From Chloroflexia bacterium (GTDB lineage Bacteria; Chloroflexota; Chloroflexia; DTKN01): DNA of 64,000 bases. The notes beneath the pieces were generated by a model. That model searched no databases and was not told the origin of the DNA. It saw only the letters and a program-made list of their open reading frames with translations. Below, in pieces: positions 37,938-50,357 of this stretch (the first letter of the stretch is position 1; each line of letters opens with the position of its first letter). The stretch covers positions 18,589 to 82,588 of the forward strand of contig JBDOIE010000015.1 of the NCBI GenBank assembly GCA_041082245.1. The letters run 5' to 3'. A program made the translations under genes and the position numbers.

Positions 37938-39238
37938 TTCTTGGTGTTACCGAGGGCCACGAGGCGGAACAGGAAGTAGCCAAATCCCAGGCCCCACGCC
38001 AGAAGGACCACCGCCCCGAGTATCTGGGCAGCGAGCTGGCCGAAATCGGGTGCCATGCCCGGCGCAAGGAGGAAGATGCCGGTCACGCCCTGGCCGGAAA
38101 CGCCCAGGTAGCGGGGGGACCCCACCCCATTCAGACCGATTCCGAAGCTACCGTCGGCCAGGAGGCCTGTGGCGAGCATCCCCCAGAGCCCTCCCAGGCC
38201 AAAGGTGGCGACGACTCCTGCGCTGTCCTCGAGCTTCCACACGCGTTCCACGAGGTAACTCCCGAGGCAGACCAGCAGGCCGGCCACGGCGCCGACCAGG
38301 ACGAGCGAGGCGAGCGGCGCAAAGGGAGCGGGCCCGGCTGCCGCGGCAGTCCCTGCCAGTATTCCCCGCCCGATCATGTCGCCCCGCAGGCGGCTCGTGG
38401 TAAAGGCCATGTAGAGCCCGGCAACGAAGCCGCCGGCGACTGCTGCGGCCAGCGTGTTGCCTGCTACCGCAGCAAGGCGAGGCGAAACGTCGCGCAGGCT
38501 GCCGAGCTGTAGCGCGAGCATTCCGACAAACGTAAGGAGCACCGCTCCAGGGGAAGGGTTGCCTTCGCGTACCGGGTTGCGGCGCTTCCCACGGGTCGCC
38601 AGCAGCGCGGCCAGCGCGAGCATGCCTCCCAGCCCATAGTGCACGCCGGCGCCGCCCGCGTCGACCGTCCCGTGGCCCAGAAACCCTGTGCGCCCCGTCG
38701 CGGCGAGCCACCCGCTCCCCCAGACCCAATGGCCCATCAGCGGGTAAACGAGGCCGGCAATCGCAACTGTCGCCGCGATCCATCCGGGTGCGTTGAGCCT
38801 GCGAAGCACGGGGCCCAGGGCGATCGCGAGGACGCACACGGTTCCGGACCCCTCGAGCAGCAGCAGCGCGGCACGCGAGGAGGAATCCGCGTCTCGGAGC
38901 CCGATACCGCTCCACGCGAGCAGGCCGGATCCTTCTCCGAACGGCTCCCACTGCCAGGAAGCTCGCGCGCTCTCTCCCAGCGCGGGAAAATGGACCGCGC
39001 CGTATAAAAGGGGGAACCCCACTGTCCCCGCCACAATCAGGCCCAGGAGGGCGGCGGCCAGCATCCGCCCTGCCTCGGTTTCCTGTGTGGATGCGCGGCC
39101 GGCGGTCATCCACGTCAAACCGGCCCCAAGGGCGAGCCCCAGCAATGCGGTGCAGGTTACCCAGAGGATACCCGTGTCGGCTGTCAATCCAGCCCCCTTT
39201 CTGTTCTTCGCGCGGCGCCATTCTAACACGCGCTCCAT
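37928..39238 (-). CDS. amt: Ammonium transporter (Amt family)
   Basis: Amt signatures MGHWVWGSGWLAATG and GTVDAGGAGVHYGLGGMLALAALLATRGKR. A possible alternative TTG start at 39187 has an AAAGGGGG RBS. Confidence 0.75.
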   Translation of the reverse strand: MERVLEWRRAKNRKGAGLTADTGILWVTCTALLGLALGAGLTWMTAGRASTQETEAGRMLAAALLGLIVAGTVGFPLLYGAVHFPALGESARASWQWEPFGEGSGLLAWSGIGLRDADSSSRAALLLLEGSGTVCVLAIALGPVLRRLNAPGWIAATVAIAGLVYPLMGHWVWGSGWLAATGRTGFLGHGTVDAGGAGVHYGLGGMLALAALLATRGKRRNPVREGNPSPGAVLLTFVGMLALQLGSLRDVSPRLAAVAGNTLAAAVAGGFVAGLYMAFTTSRLRGDMIGRGILAGTAAAAGPAPFAPLASLVLVGAVAGLLVCLGSYLVERVWKLEDSAGVVATFGLGGLWGMLATGLLADGSFGIGLNGVGSPRYLGVSGQGVTGIFLLAPGMAPDFGQLAAQILGAVVLLAWGLGFGYFLFRLVALGNTKKWQ

Positions 39239-39350
39239 GGGGCTGTCAATCGTCGCCCTGGCGGATCTTGGACACGGTGGATGAGGGTCCCCACGTCATC
39301 CGGAAAGGGCCGGCGATCGGCGCCGTGTCCCGAGCTCGGTCAGAGGGCGA

Positions 39351-42101
<2,751 letters not shown>

Positions 42102-42152
42102 GGTCCGGAGGGAAGACTTCTTGAAACGCCAGTGGGTGCGGAGGAGCGGACG

Positions 42153-45137
42153 ATGGAACTGTTTCGTCTCGTACTGGTCCAACTGAACCCTACAGTGGGT
42201 GACTTGCAGGGCAACGCGCAGAAGGTGGTTGCTGCGCTCGAGGAGGCCCGCGGAGTCGGAGCCGACCTTGTGATCTTTCCCGAACTCGTCCTGACCGGCT
42301 ATCCGCCGGAAGACCTTCTCCTGATGCCCTCGTTCGTGCAGGAGAACCTGGCGTGCCTCCAGCAGGTTGCCGGGGCGACGTCCGGGATCACAGCGCTCGT
42401 GGGCTTTGTTGATTGCCGCGACGACGAGATCTACAACGCCGCAGCGGTCCTGCACGATGGCGAAGTCGCGGCTGTCTATCACAAGCTCTATCTGCCCAAC
42501 TACGGCGTGTTTGATGAATACCGCTACTTCCACCCCGGAGGCCGCCCCCTGGTGTTCCGGCAGGGCCCTGCCACGGTAGGGGTAAGCATCTGCGAGGATA
42601 TCTGGTACCCGGCCGGCCCGGTGGAGGCGGAAGCGCTGGCGGGAGCGCGGTTGATCGTGAACATCTCGGCTTCGCCCTATCATATGGGCAAGGGGCGCGG
42701 GCGGGAGCGGATGCTCGCTACCCGGGCGGCCGACAACGTGGCCTATGTGGCCTTCTGCAACCTGGTCGGCGGCCAGGACGAGCTCGTCTTCGACGGGGGG
42801 AGCGTCGTCTTCGATCCTCGGGGAGAACTCGTGGCGCGGGCACGCTATTTCGAGGAAGACCGCCTGGTCGTCGATCTGGATCTCGGGACCGTCTTGCGCC
42901 AGCGCCTGCACGATCCTCGCCGGCGCCAGCTCCACTCCGCGGCTGCCGATGGTGTGGAGGAGCTGCGGCTCACATCGCTCGAGCCGGGAGCCCGGGCACC
43001 GGTCCCTCCGCGGATCGAGCCGCTGCCGGAACCGGATGCCGAAGTGTACCGCGCCCTGGTCCTTGGCACGCAGGACTATGTCCGGAAAAACGGTTTCCGG
43101 CAGGTGGTCGTGGGCCTTTCGGGCGGGGTGGATTCGTCGCTTGTGGCGACCATCGCGGTGGACGCACTGGGCCCTGAGAACGTGATCGGCGTCTTTATGC
43201 CCAGCCGCTACTCTTCCACCGAAAGCCGCGAGGATGCCCGTGCGGTGGCCGACCTGCTGGGCATCCGCTTCCTGGAAATCCCGATCGATGAGATCTTTTC
43301 TGCTTACATCGCAGCGCTGGCTGCTCCCTTTGCGGGGTTGGCGCAGGATGTGACCGAGGAGAACATCCAGGCGCGCATCCGGGGTAACCTGCTGATGGCC
43401 CTTTCGAACAAGTTCGGCTGGCTGGTGCTGACGACGGGCAACAAGAGCGAACTCGCAACTGGGTACTGCACCCTCTACGGGGACATGGCCGGAGGTTTTG
43501 CGGTGCTGAAAGATGTACCGAAAACCCTTGTCTACCGCCTTGCCCGTTACCGCAACGCCCGATCTCTCGCGATTCCGGATCGTGTCCTGACAAAGCCCCC
43601 CTCGGCCGAACTACGCCCCGACCAGCGCGACGAAGACACCCTGGGACCCTATGCTCTGCTCGACCCCATCCTTCAAGCGTACGTCGAGGAGGATCGGGGA
43701 CTCGCGGAGATCGTCGCGCTTGGATACAGGGAGGAGGATGTGCGCCGGATCCTGCGGATGGTCGATCGCTCGGAGTACAAGCGTCGCCAGGCGCCTCCAG
43801 GGATCAAGATCACGCCACGTGCCTTTGGCCGCGATCGGCGGCTCCCGATTACGCACCGCTTTCGGCCCTCGGCACCCCGGAGCGGGGGGGCGTGCCCTTT
43901 TCCCGGGCACGCCCCCGCTGTGTCCCTTTCAGATCACGCCCTGCTCCCGGAGGCGGGCGATTTCCTCGGGCACGTAGCCGAGGTACGTTTGCAAGATTTC
44001 CTCCGTATGTTGCCCGAGGAGCGGGGGTGGGTTCTCCAGCCGCACCGGGGTGCGGGAAAGTTTCAGGGGCGAGCCCGCAACCCGGATGCGGCCGGCCGTA
44101 GGGTGAGGCAGTTCGACAACCATCCCCCTCGCGAGGACCTGGGGGTCGGAGAACACCTCGTCGATGTGGAGGATGGGAGCGCACGGGATGTTTGCAGCGA
44201 GGAGTGCCTCTTCCCACTCGCGTGCCGTGCGGGTGCGAAACCGTTCCTGCAGGATCGGGATGAGGATATCGCGGTTCTGCACGCGGAGAGGGTTCGTTGC
44301 GAACCTCGGGTCCTCGGCGAGATCGTCCCATCCGCCGACCGCGCACAGATCGCGCCACTGGCGGTCGTTGCCCACTCCCACCGCGATCCAGCCGTCGGAC
44401 GTGGGGAACGGCTCGTACGGCACGATGTTGGGGTGGGCATTCCCATAGCGTTTCGGGCGCTCGCCCGAGATCAGGTAGTTGCTGCCCACGTTGATCAGCC
44501 AGGCCACGTGGGAATCCAGGAGCGCGATGTCGATGTACTGTCCTTCCCCGCTCCTTTCCCGTTCCTGCAGCGCGGCGAGGATGGCGATCGTCGCGTACAA
44601 GCCTGCCGTCACGTCGACGATGGCAAGGCCGACCTTCATAGGCGGCCCTTCGACCGGGCCGGTGATGCTCATGATCCCGCCCTGGGCCTGGATGATGAAA
44701 TCGTAGCCGGGGCGGTCACGGTAGGGCCCGGTTTGGCCGTAACCCGTGATCGCACAGTAGATCAAACGCGGGTTCCGCGTGCGCAGGGCCTCATACCCGA
44801 TTCCCCATTCGTCCATCGTGCCGGGGTAAAAGTTCTCCACGAGCACGTCGGCCCGCTCGGCCAGCCGCTGGACGATTTCCCGGCCTTCCCGGGTTTTCAG
44901 GTTCAGGGTGATGCTCTTCTTCCCACGGTTCACGCACAGGTAGTAGGCAGCTTCCCCTCCGGCAAATGGGGGTCCCCACTGACGGGTATCGTCCCCCCGT
45001 CCGGGGATTTCGACCTTGAGCACCTCAGCTCCGAGGTCGGCAAGCATCATGGTGCAGTACGGGCCCGCCAGCACCCGGGAGAGATCGAGCACCAGCAGGC
45101 CCTCGAGGGGAGCGCGTGTGCCTCCGGGCATCCATAA
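42153..45137 (+). CDS. nadE: Glutamine-dependent NAD+ synthetase (CN-hydrolase plus NAD-synthetase domains). Homology ends near 43865, but the frame has no stop codon until 45137.
   Basis: MELFRLVLVQLNPTVGD N-terminus, CN-hydrolase and SGGVDSS motifs, and a conserved C-terminus (YKRRQAPPGIKITPRAFGRDRRLPITHRFR). The 3' boundary is unreliable: the extension is antisense to the CoA-transferase gene. Confidence 0.6.
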   Translation: MELFRLVLVQLNPTVGDLQGNAQKVVAALEEARGVGADLVIFPELVLTGYPPEDLLLMPSFVQENLACLQQVAGATSGITALVGFVDCRDDEIYNAAAVLHDGEVAAVYHKLYLPNYGVFDEYRYFHPGGRPLVFRQGPATVGVSICEDIWYPAGPVEAEALAGARLIVNISASPYHMGKGRGRERMLATRAADNVAYVAFCNLVGGQDELVFDGGSVVFDPRGELVARARYFEEDRLVVDLDLGTVLRQRLHDPRRRQLHSAAADGVEELRLTSLEPGARAPVPPRIEPLPEPDAEVYRALVLGTQDYVRKNGFRQVVVGLSGGVDSSLVATIAVDALGPENVIGVFMPSRYSSTESREDARAVADLLGIRFLEIPIDEIFSAYIAALAAPFAGLAQDVTEENIQARIRGNLLMALSNKFGWLVLTTGNKSELATGYCTLYGDMAGGFAVLKDVPKTLVYRLARYRNARSLAIPDRVLTKPPSAELRPDQRDEDTLGPYALLDPILQAYVEEDRGLAEIVALGYREEDVRRILRMVDRSEYKRRQAPPGIKITPRAFGRDRRLPITHRFRPSAPRSGGACPFPGHAPAVSLSDHALLPEAGDFLGHVAEVRLQDFLRMLPEERGWVLQPHRGAGKFQGRARNPDAAGRRVRQFDNHPPREDLGVGEHLVDVEDGSARDVCSEECLFPLACRAGAKPFLQDRDEDIAVLHAERVRCEPRVLGEIVPSADRAQIAPLAVVAHSHRDPAVGRGERLVRHDVGVGIPIAFRALARDQVVAAHVDQPGHVGIQERDVDVLSFPAPFPFLQRGEDGDRRVQACRHVDDGKADLHRRPFDRAGDAHDPALGLDDEIVAGAVTVGPGLAVTRDRTVDQTRVPRAQGLIPDSPFVHRAGVKVLHEHVGPLGQPLDDFPAFPGFQVQGDALLPTVHAQVVGSFPSGKWGSPLTGIVPPSGDFDLEHLSSEVGKHHGAVRARQHPGEIEHQQALEGSACASGHP
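43886..43916. terminator. 12-bp GC-rich inverted repeat (GGGGGCGTGCCC / GGGCACGCCCCC, TTTTCCC loop) between the nadE conserved end and the CoA-transferase stop. Putative bidirectional terminator. Its left arm is part of a G7 homopolymer.
   Basis: Read directly from the sequence. Confidence 0.35.
43929..45131 (-). CDS. Family III CoA-transferase (CaiB/BaiF family)
   Basis: LEGLLVLDLSRVLAGPYCTMMLADLGAEVLKVE N-terminus is canonical. 400 aa. AAAGGAGG RBS. Confidence 0.8.
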   Translation of the reverse strand: MPGGTRAPLEGLLVLDLSRVLAGPYCTMMLADLGAEVLKVEIPGRGDDTRQWGPPFAGGEAAYYLCVNRGKKSITLNLKTREGREIVQRLAERADVLVENFYPGTMDEWGIGYEALRTRNPRLIYCAITGYGQTGPYRDRPGYDFIIQAQGGIMSITGPVEGPPMKVGLAIVDVTAGLYATIAILAALQERERSGEGQYIDIALLDSHVAWLINVGSNYLISGERPKRYGNAHPNIVPYEPFPTSDGWIAVGVGNDRQWRDLCAVGGWDDLAEDPRFATNPLRVQNRDILIPILQERFRTRTAREWEEALLAANIPCAPILHIDEVFSDPQVLARGMVVELPHPTAGRIRVAGSPLKLSRTPVRLENPPPLLGQHTEEILQTYLGYVPEEIARLREQGVI

Positions 45138-45150
45138 CCTCCTTTTGCCC

Positions 45151-46434
45151 TCAGCTGTTGATGACCCCCGCCAGGCTATGCTCGAAGATGGAAAGAGCCT
45201 CGTCGAGCTCCGGATCGCCGATGATCAGAGGTGGCGTCCAGCGAAGGACATTGTCGTCGGTGCCGCAAGTAGCCAGAAGGAGTCCAGCCTCCAGGCAAGC
45301 CCGCTGCGTATCCCGGGTGCGATCCTTGTCCGGCGTGCGCCCCCCGGGAACGACAAACTCGACGCCGACCATCAGCCCCTGGCCGCGCACCTCCCCGATG
45401 GCGGGGTAGCGCTGCTGCAGCGCCCGCAGCCGGCTCCGCAGCTTCTCCCCCATTATAGCACTATTTTTCACCAGCTGTTCTTCCTCCAGCACGCGCAGGG
45501 CCACCTCGGTTGCGCTGCAGGCGACAGGAGAAGGAACAGGCACGTCCCAGGCTCCTTCTTTGTGCGGGTCCTCGAGAAGTCCCCGACGTGCGGCGACAGC
45601 CCCGAGCGGCAGGCCTGTGGACAGGATCAGGATGTCCGGAACGACCCCCGAATGCTCCAAAGCAAAGAAGCGCCCGCTCCGGCCAAAGCCGGTGCATCTT
45701 TCGTCGAAAAGGAGCAGGATGCCGAATTCGCGGCAGATGTCGCGCAGGCCACGGAGGAATGGGGCTGGAGCGACCACACATCCTCCCTCCCCCAGGATCG
45801 GTTCGACGAGGATGGCGGCTGTCTCCTGTGGCACAGTCTGGCTCTTCAAGAGGAAGCGTACCTGCTCCAGCGGCCAGCCGCAGCAGCTGCCAGCACTGTA
45901 GCGCTCGGGCGCCGCCTCCGCCTTCGGGCAACGGTAGCAATACGGGTAGGGCGCGACCAGGGTCCTGCACGAAAGGGAAGGGTTACCGGTGCATTGCCAG
46001 GCTTTGGCGGTGGACAGGTTCACAGTGGCTATCGTGTGGCCGTGGAAACCGCGCTGGAAGACGATCAGGTTCGGGCGGCCCGTGACGTGGCGCGCGAGCC
46101 GGATCGCCAGCTCGACCGCCTCGCTCTCGCTACCTGTCAGGCAAATGTCAGGGAGCTCGGCGGGCACGACATCGCGCAGTACGCTGACCAACCGGAGCAT
46201 CGGCTCGTGGGGCGCAACGTTCCCCGCCAGGTGGAACAGGCGGCCGGCCTGAGCGCGGATGGCTTCGACGACCCGGGGATGGTTGTGCCCCGTATTCGAT
46301 ACCCCCACACTTGTGGCAAAATCCAGATATCGGCGCCCGCACTCATCCCATAGAAAGGCGTGTTCCCCTCGGACAACAGCGTGTCCAAGGAGAAACTGCG
46401 GTGATGCGTACATTTCGGTTCTACGATCGTTCAT
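45151..46434 (-). CDS. Class III PLP-dependent aminotransferase (GABA/ornithine/omega-aminotransferase family)
   Basis: Class III fold pattern (YLDFATSVGVSNTGHNHPRVVEA ... LIFDERCTGFGRSG). Confidence 0.7.
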   Translation of the reverse strand: MNDRRTEMYASPQFLLGHAVVRGEHAFLWDECGRRYLDFATSVGVSNTGHNHPRVVEAIRAQAGRLFHLAGNVAPHEPMLRLVSVLRDVVPAELPDICLTGSESEAVELAIRLARHVTGRPNLIVFQRGFHGHTIATVNLSTAKAWQCTGNPSLSCRTLVAPYPYCYRCPKAEAAPERYSAGSCCGWPLEQVRFLLKSQTVPQETAAILVEPILGEGGCVVAPAPFLRGLRDICREFGILLLFDERCTGFGRSGRFFALEHSGVVPDILILSTGLPLGAVAARRGLLEDPHKEGAWDVPVPSPVACSATEVALRVLEEEQLVKNSAIMGEKLRSRLRALQQRYPAIGEVRGQGLMVGVEFVVPGGRTPDKDRTRDTQRACLEAGLLLATCGTDDNVLRWTPPLIIGDPELDEALSIFEHSLAGVINS

Positions 46435-46496
46435 CTCACCCTTCTCGTCGGCGGCCTAGAGCCGCCGCTTGTGCCACGCTCCTTCCATCACCCCGC

Positions 46497-47408
46497 TCAC
46501 TCTTCGGGCTCCGGAGACGCGTAGCGGGGTAGTTGCAGCGGGCCAAGCCCACGGAATCCGGGGCCCTGCGCGATCCCTTCGCTGTACATCGGAAAGTTCC
46601 CGTGAAAGTCGCGCAGCTGCTTCAGATGCTGGTTCAGGCCTAGCGTCCCCAGCTCCCTTGTCCGCCGAACGAGCTCGAGGTCCAGCATTTCGACAATCAG
46701 CTCTTCCTCTGCACCGGCCTCGTGCAGGATACGGCCGTGCGGATCTACCACCAGGGAACGGCCAGCGGCGGTGGGCGCGGCGGCGTTCACGCTGACCAGG
46801 TAGCATTGGTTGAACAACGCATGCGCCTGCTCCAGGACCAGCTCGGCCCGCCGGTCTTGGGTGTACGAAAGCGAGGGGTGGAGGATGACTTCGGCACCCA
46901 GCCAGATCAGGCTGCGCACCACCTCCGGGAACCAGGTGTCGTAGCAGATGCACAGCCCGAAGCGCCCTACACCGGGAATGTCGAAGGTGCAGAAATCGTG
47001 GCCGGGGGCGACCACTTCCCACGGCCTCCAGGGAAACATCTTGCGGTACCGTGTGACGAGTTCTCCTTCGGGCGAAAAGACCGGCGCGGTGTTGTACACG
47101 GCATCGCCTTCACGTTCGTGAAAAGAGCCGGGCTGCAGCCAGAAGCGGTAGCGACGAGCCAGTGCGGCCAGCCGTTCCGTCAGGGGCCCCGGGACGGCCT
47201 CGGCATTCCAGTCCCAAGAACGGCCGTCCGGGGGAGGCACCCGTGGGGCGATGCCGGTAGGGTAGAGCTCAGGAAAACATACCAACTGTACCCAGGGGAA
47301 GGAGCGACGGATCAGCGCGAGCACTTGCTCCATCCGCTCGACCGTCCGCTCCGCGTTCCAGGGAACGACTGGCACCTGGGCCACGGCGATTCCCAGAGAT
47401 CTGGACAT
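46497..47408 (-). CDS. Carbon-nitrogen hydrolase family protein (nitrilase/amidase)
   Basis: CN-hydrolase catalytic Glu-Lys-Cys context (CFPELYPTG, LCICYDTWFPE). AAAGGAGG RBS. Confidence 0.7.
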   Translation of the reverse strand: MSRSLGIAVAQVPVVPWNAERTVERMEQVLALIRRSFPWVQLVCFPELYPTGIAPRVPPPDGRSWDWNAEAVPGPLTERLAALARRYRFWLQPGSFHEREGDAVYNTAPVFSPEGELVTRYRKMFPWRPWEVVAPGHDFCTFDIPGVGRFGLCICYDTWFPEVVRSLIWLGAEVILHPSLSYTQDRRAELVLEQAHALFNQCYLVSVNAAAPTAAGRSLVVDPHGRILHEAGAEEELIVEMLDLELVRRTRELGTLGLNQHLKQLRDFHGNFPMYSEGIAQGPGFRGLGPLQLPRYASPEPEE

Positions 47409-47411
47409 GGT

Positions 47412-48464
47412 TCAAACCTCCTTTCTCGAAACGCGTGGCGCGATGGGTTCCGCAGGCACTACTTCTTTCCCTTCCGCGAGGTGGCACGCGACGAGGTGGC
47501 CGACGTCGATCTCGCGCCAGGGAGGATCTGCCTGCTGACACAGGGGACGCGCTTCGGGACAACGGGTGTGGAAGCGGCAGCCGGGGGGCGGATTCGCCGG
47601 GCTCGGTACCTGGCCCGGCAGGAGAAGCCGTTCCCGACGGCCACCCGGCACCGGAAGGGGGATCGACCCGAGCAACGCCCGCGTATAGGGGTGCCCCGGC
47701 CGGTCGAAGACCTGCTCCACGTGCCCGCTTTCCACGAGCCGTCCTAGGTACATAACAGCAATACGGTCGCTGATGTGGTGGACGACCCGCAGATCGTGGG
47801 AGATGAACAGGTAGGTCAGCCCACGCTGCTCCTTGAGCTCCGCGAGCAGGTTGAGGATCTGGGCCTGCACAGAAACGTCCAGTGCACTGGTCGGCTCGTC
47901 CAACACCAGGAAACGCGGTTCGAGGCTGAGCGCCCGTGCGATCGCCACCCGCTGACACTGGCCCCCGCTCAGTTCGTGCGGGTATCGGGCCAGATGCTGG
48001 GCGCCCAGGCCGACCATCTCGAGGAGGGCCAGCACACGCTCCCGTTCCTCGGCCCGGGAAAGTCTGAGGTGTGTCCGCAGGGGCTCAGCCACTATATCGA
48101 AGACGTGGAACCGTGGGCTGAGCGAAGCCAGCGGGTTCTGGAACACGATCTGCATCTCACGTCTTATGCGCTGCAGGTCGCTTCGGGAAAGCCTGAGGAT
48201 ATCTTGTCCGTCGAAAAGCACCTCGCCATCGGTTGGCTCGATAAGGCGCAAGATGCACCGGCCCAGCGTTGTCTTTCCGCACCCGGATTCCCCCACGAGC
48301 CCCAGAACCTCTCCCCGTGCGATCCACAGGTCGACCCGATCCACGGCCCGTATGAGCCGCGGGCGGGTAAAGAGCCAGTCTCCGCGCGCGCGGAACAGTT
48401 TCGCGAGGGAACGGACCTGGACCAGCGGCTCATCCACGCGGCCGGCGACTGTCGCCCCCTTCAT
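47412..48464 (-). CDS. Peptide/nickel-type ABC transporter ATP-binding protein (DppF/OppF-like)
   Basis: Walker A (GESGCGKTT), signature LSGGQCQR and a C-terminal oligopeptide-ABC extension. ATG at 48464 overlaps the upstream stop. Confidence 0.8.
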   Translation of the reverse strand: MKGATVAGRVDEPLVQVRSLAKLFRARGDWLFTRPRLIRAVDRVDLWIARGEVLGLVGESGCGKTTLGRCILRLIEPTDGEVLFDGQDILRLSRSDLQRIRREMQIVFQNPLASLSPRFHVFDIVAEPLRTHLRLSRAEERERVLALLEMVGLGAQHLARYPHELSGGQCQRVAIARALSLEPRFLVLDEPTSALDVSVQAQILNLLAELKEQRGLTYLFISHDLRVVHHISDRIAVMYLGRLVESGHVEQVFDRPGHPYTRALLGSIPLPVPGGRRERLLLPGQVPSPANPPPGCRFHTRCPEARPLCQQADPPWREIDVGHLVACHLAEGKEVVPAEPIAPRVSRKEV

Positions 48465-49441
48465 GGGCGGCCCTCCGTGGTTGCGACATAGCAAGCGACC
48501 AGATGTCCTGGTGCGACCTCGGTGAGCGAAGGTCGGTCGCTCCAACAGCGCTCGCGGGGTTGTCCACACCGGGAGGCGAAGGCACAGCCAGGGATCGACC
48601 CGGGATTTGCGGGTACCGTCCCCGGGATGGCCGCTAGCCGGCGGCCCCGGCTACCCGGCCGCGGGATAGCCGCCATCAATCCTTGCGTATAGGGATGACG
48701 CGGGGCACTGAAGATCGCTTCCGTCGGACCGATCTCCGCCACCCGGCCAGCATAGAGCACGGCGAGTCGGGAGCACGTCTCGGCAATAATCCCTAGGTCG
48801 TGGGTGATCAGCAGCAGCGCGATTCCGTAGCGCTGTTGCAGGTCACGCAGCAATGCCAGAATCTGGGCTTCGATCGTCACATCGAGTGCCGTTGTGGGCT
48901 CGTCCGCGATCAGCAGAGACGGCCGGCACGAAAGGGCCATCGCGATCATGACGCGTTGCTGCATTCCGCCCGAAAGCTCGTGCGGGTAGCACCCCAGGAC
49001 CCTGGGCGCATCCGGCAAACCGACCGCTTCCAGCACTTCGAGCGCACGCGCCTGTGCTTCCGCACGGGAGACTGGCTGGTGTCTACGGATGACGCGCACG
49101 ATCTGGGAACCCACGGTGAACACCGGATTCAGGGATGAAGCGGGATCCTGGAAGATCATAGCGATCCGTCCGCCCCGAATAGACTGCATTTCCTCTTCCG
49201 ACTTGGACCCCAGGTCTTCGCCCTCGAGCCAGATATGCCCACCTGCAATCCGCCCCGGCCGTGAAATCAATCGGAGGATAGAAAGCCCGGTTACCGTTTT
49301 TCCGCACCCCGTTTCGCCGACCAGGCCGAACGACTCGCGGTGTTGGATCTCGAAGCTCACTCCGTCCACCGCGCGCACGATCCCGCGTCGTGTACGGAAT
49401 TCCACACAAAGGTTCTCGACGCGCAGCAGCGGTTCGCCCAC
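48461..49441 (-). CDS. Peptide/nickel-type ABC transporter ATP-binding protein (DppD/OppD-like)
   Basis: Walker A (GETGCGKTV) and LSGGMQQR. Start set to the GTG at 49441 with an AAGGGG RBS just after the permease stop; the ORF-track start would overlap the permease by 73 nt. Confidence 0.75.
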   Translation of the reverse strand: MGEPLLRVENLCVEFRTRRGIVRAVDGVSFEIQHRESFGLVGETGCGKTVTGLSILRLISRPGRIAGGHIWLEGEDLGSKSEEEMQSIRGGRIAMIFQDPASSLNPVFTVGSQIVRVIRRHQPVSRAEAQARALEVLEAVGLPDAPRVLGCYPHELSGGMQQRVMIAMALSCRPSLLIADEPTTALDVTIEAQILALLRDLQQRYGIALLLITHDLGIIAETCSRLAVLYAGRVAEIGPTEAIFSAPRHPYTQGLMAAIPRPGSRGRRLAAIPGTVPANPGSIPGCAFASRCGQPRERCWSDRPSLTEVAPGHLVACYVATTEGRP

Positions 49442-49451
49442 TTCTTTCCCC

Positions 49452-50345
49452 TTAACGGTACTGGCGTGGATCGAAAATGTCGCGCAAAGTATCTCCGAGC
49501 AGGTTGAACGCAAGCACTGTGACAAAGATGGCTAGCCCTGGAAACGTGGAGTACCACCACTGGGTGAGGAGGAAGGCGCGTCCTTCGCTCACCATCAGTC
49601 CCCAATCGGGTGCCGGGGGCTGTGCGCCCAGCCCGATGAAAGCCAGGCCGCCTGATGCCAGGATAACGGTGCCGATGTCGATGGTCGCCTGGACCAGGAT
49701 AGGGGATAGGCAGTTCGGGAGAATGTGCCGAAAGATGATCCCCAGGCTCGGGACCCCGACCGCGCGTGCCGCTTCCACGAAATGCCGTTCTCGGAGCGAC
49801 AGCGCGATCCCGCGGACCAGCCGTGTGTACCAGGGCCACCAGGAGATCGCGATGGCCAGCATCGCGTTCGTCAACCCGGGCCCGATGGCGGCCACGATCG
49901 CCATGGCGAGCAGCAGGGAAGGGAAGGCCAAGAAGAGGTCGGTGATCCGCATGATCAGGTCGTCGACCCAGCCTCCCACATACCCGGCTACGGCGCCAAG
50001 CAGTGAACCGATCGCCACTGCGAGCCCGACCACGATGAGCGAAGTGCTCAGCGCCGGCCGCGCGCCGATGATGATGCGGCTGAGGATGTCACGGCCAAGG
50101 CGGTCTGTGCCGAGCGGGTGCTCTCGCGAAGGCGGCAACATCCGCGTGGCCACGTTTGTCTTACCGAAGCCTTGCTCCGGGTAAGGGGCGATCCAGGGAC
50201 CGGCGATGGCCAGGACCAGAAAGCCCGTGATCACAAGCACGCTGAACAGGGCCAGAGGGTCGCGTGTGATCACGTGGGCCGCGTGACGCCACCTCCGCTG
50301 CGTTTGCAGTTCCTCAGGAGAACGGGCGCTCTCTCTTGTCGACAT
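49452..50345 (-). CDS. ABC transporter permease (DppC/OppC-like)
   Basis: 6 TM helices plus an EAA-like loop. Confidence 0.8.
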   Translation of the reverse strand: MSTRESARSPEELQTQRRWRHAAHVITRDPLALFSVLVITGFLVLAIAGPWIAPYPEQGFGKTNVATRMLPPSREHPLGTDRLGRDILSRIIIGARPALSTSLIVVGLAVAIGSLLGAVAGYVGGWVDDLIMRITDLFLAFPSLLLAMAIVAAIGPGLTNAMLAIAISWWPWYTRLVRGIALSLRERHFVEAARAVGVPSLGIIFRHILPNCLSPILVQATIDIGTVILASGGLAFIGLGAQPPAPDWGLMVSEGRAFLLTQWWYSTFPGLAIFVTVLAFNLLGDTLRDIFDPRQYR

Positions 50346-50357
50346 CGTCCTTTTCCT

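Noticed and set aside
47400-47420. The tRNA T-loop-like string GGTTCAAACCTCC.
   Set aside because: It is the reverse complement of the AAAGGAGG RBS and ATG of the CN-hydrolase gene. There is no acceptor or anticodon stem context. I found no tRNA or rRNA genes anywhere in the window.
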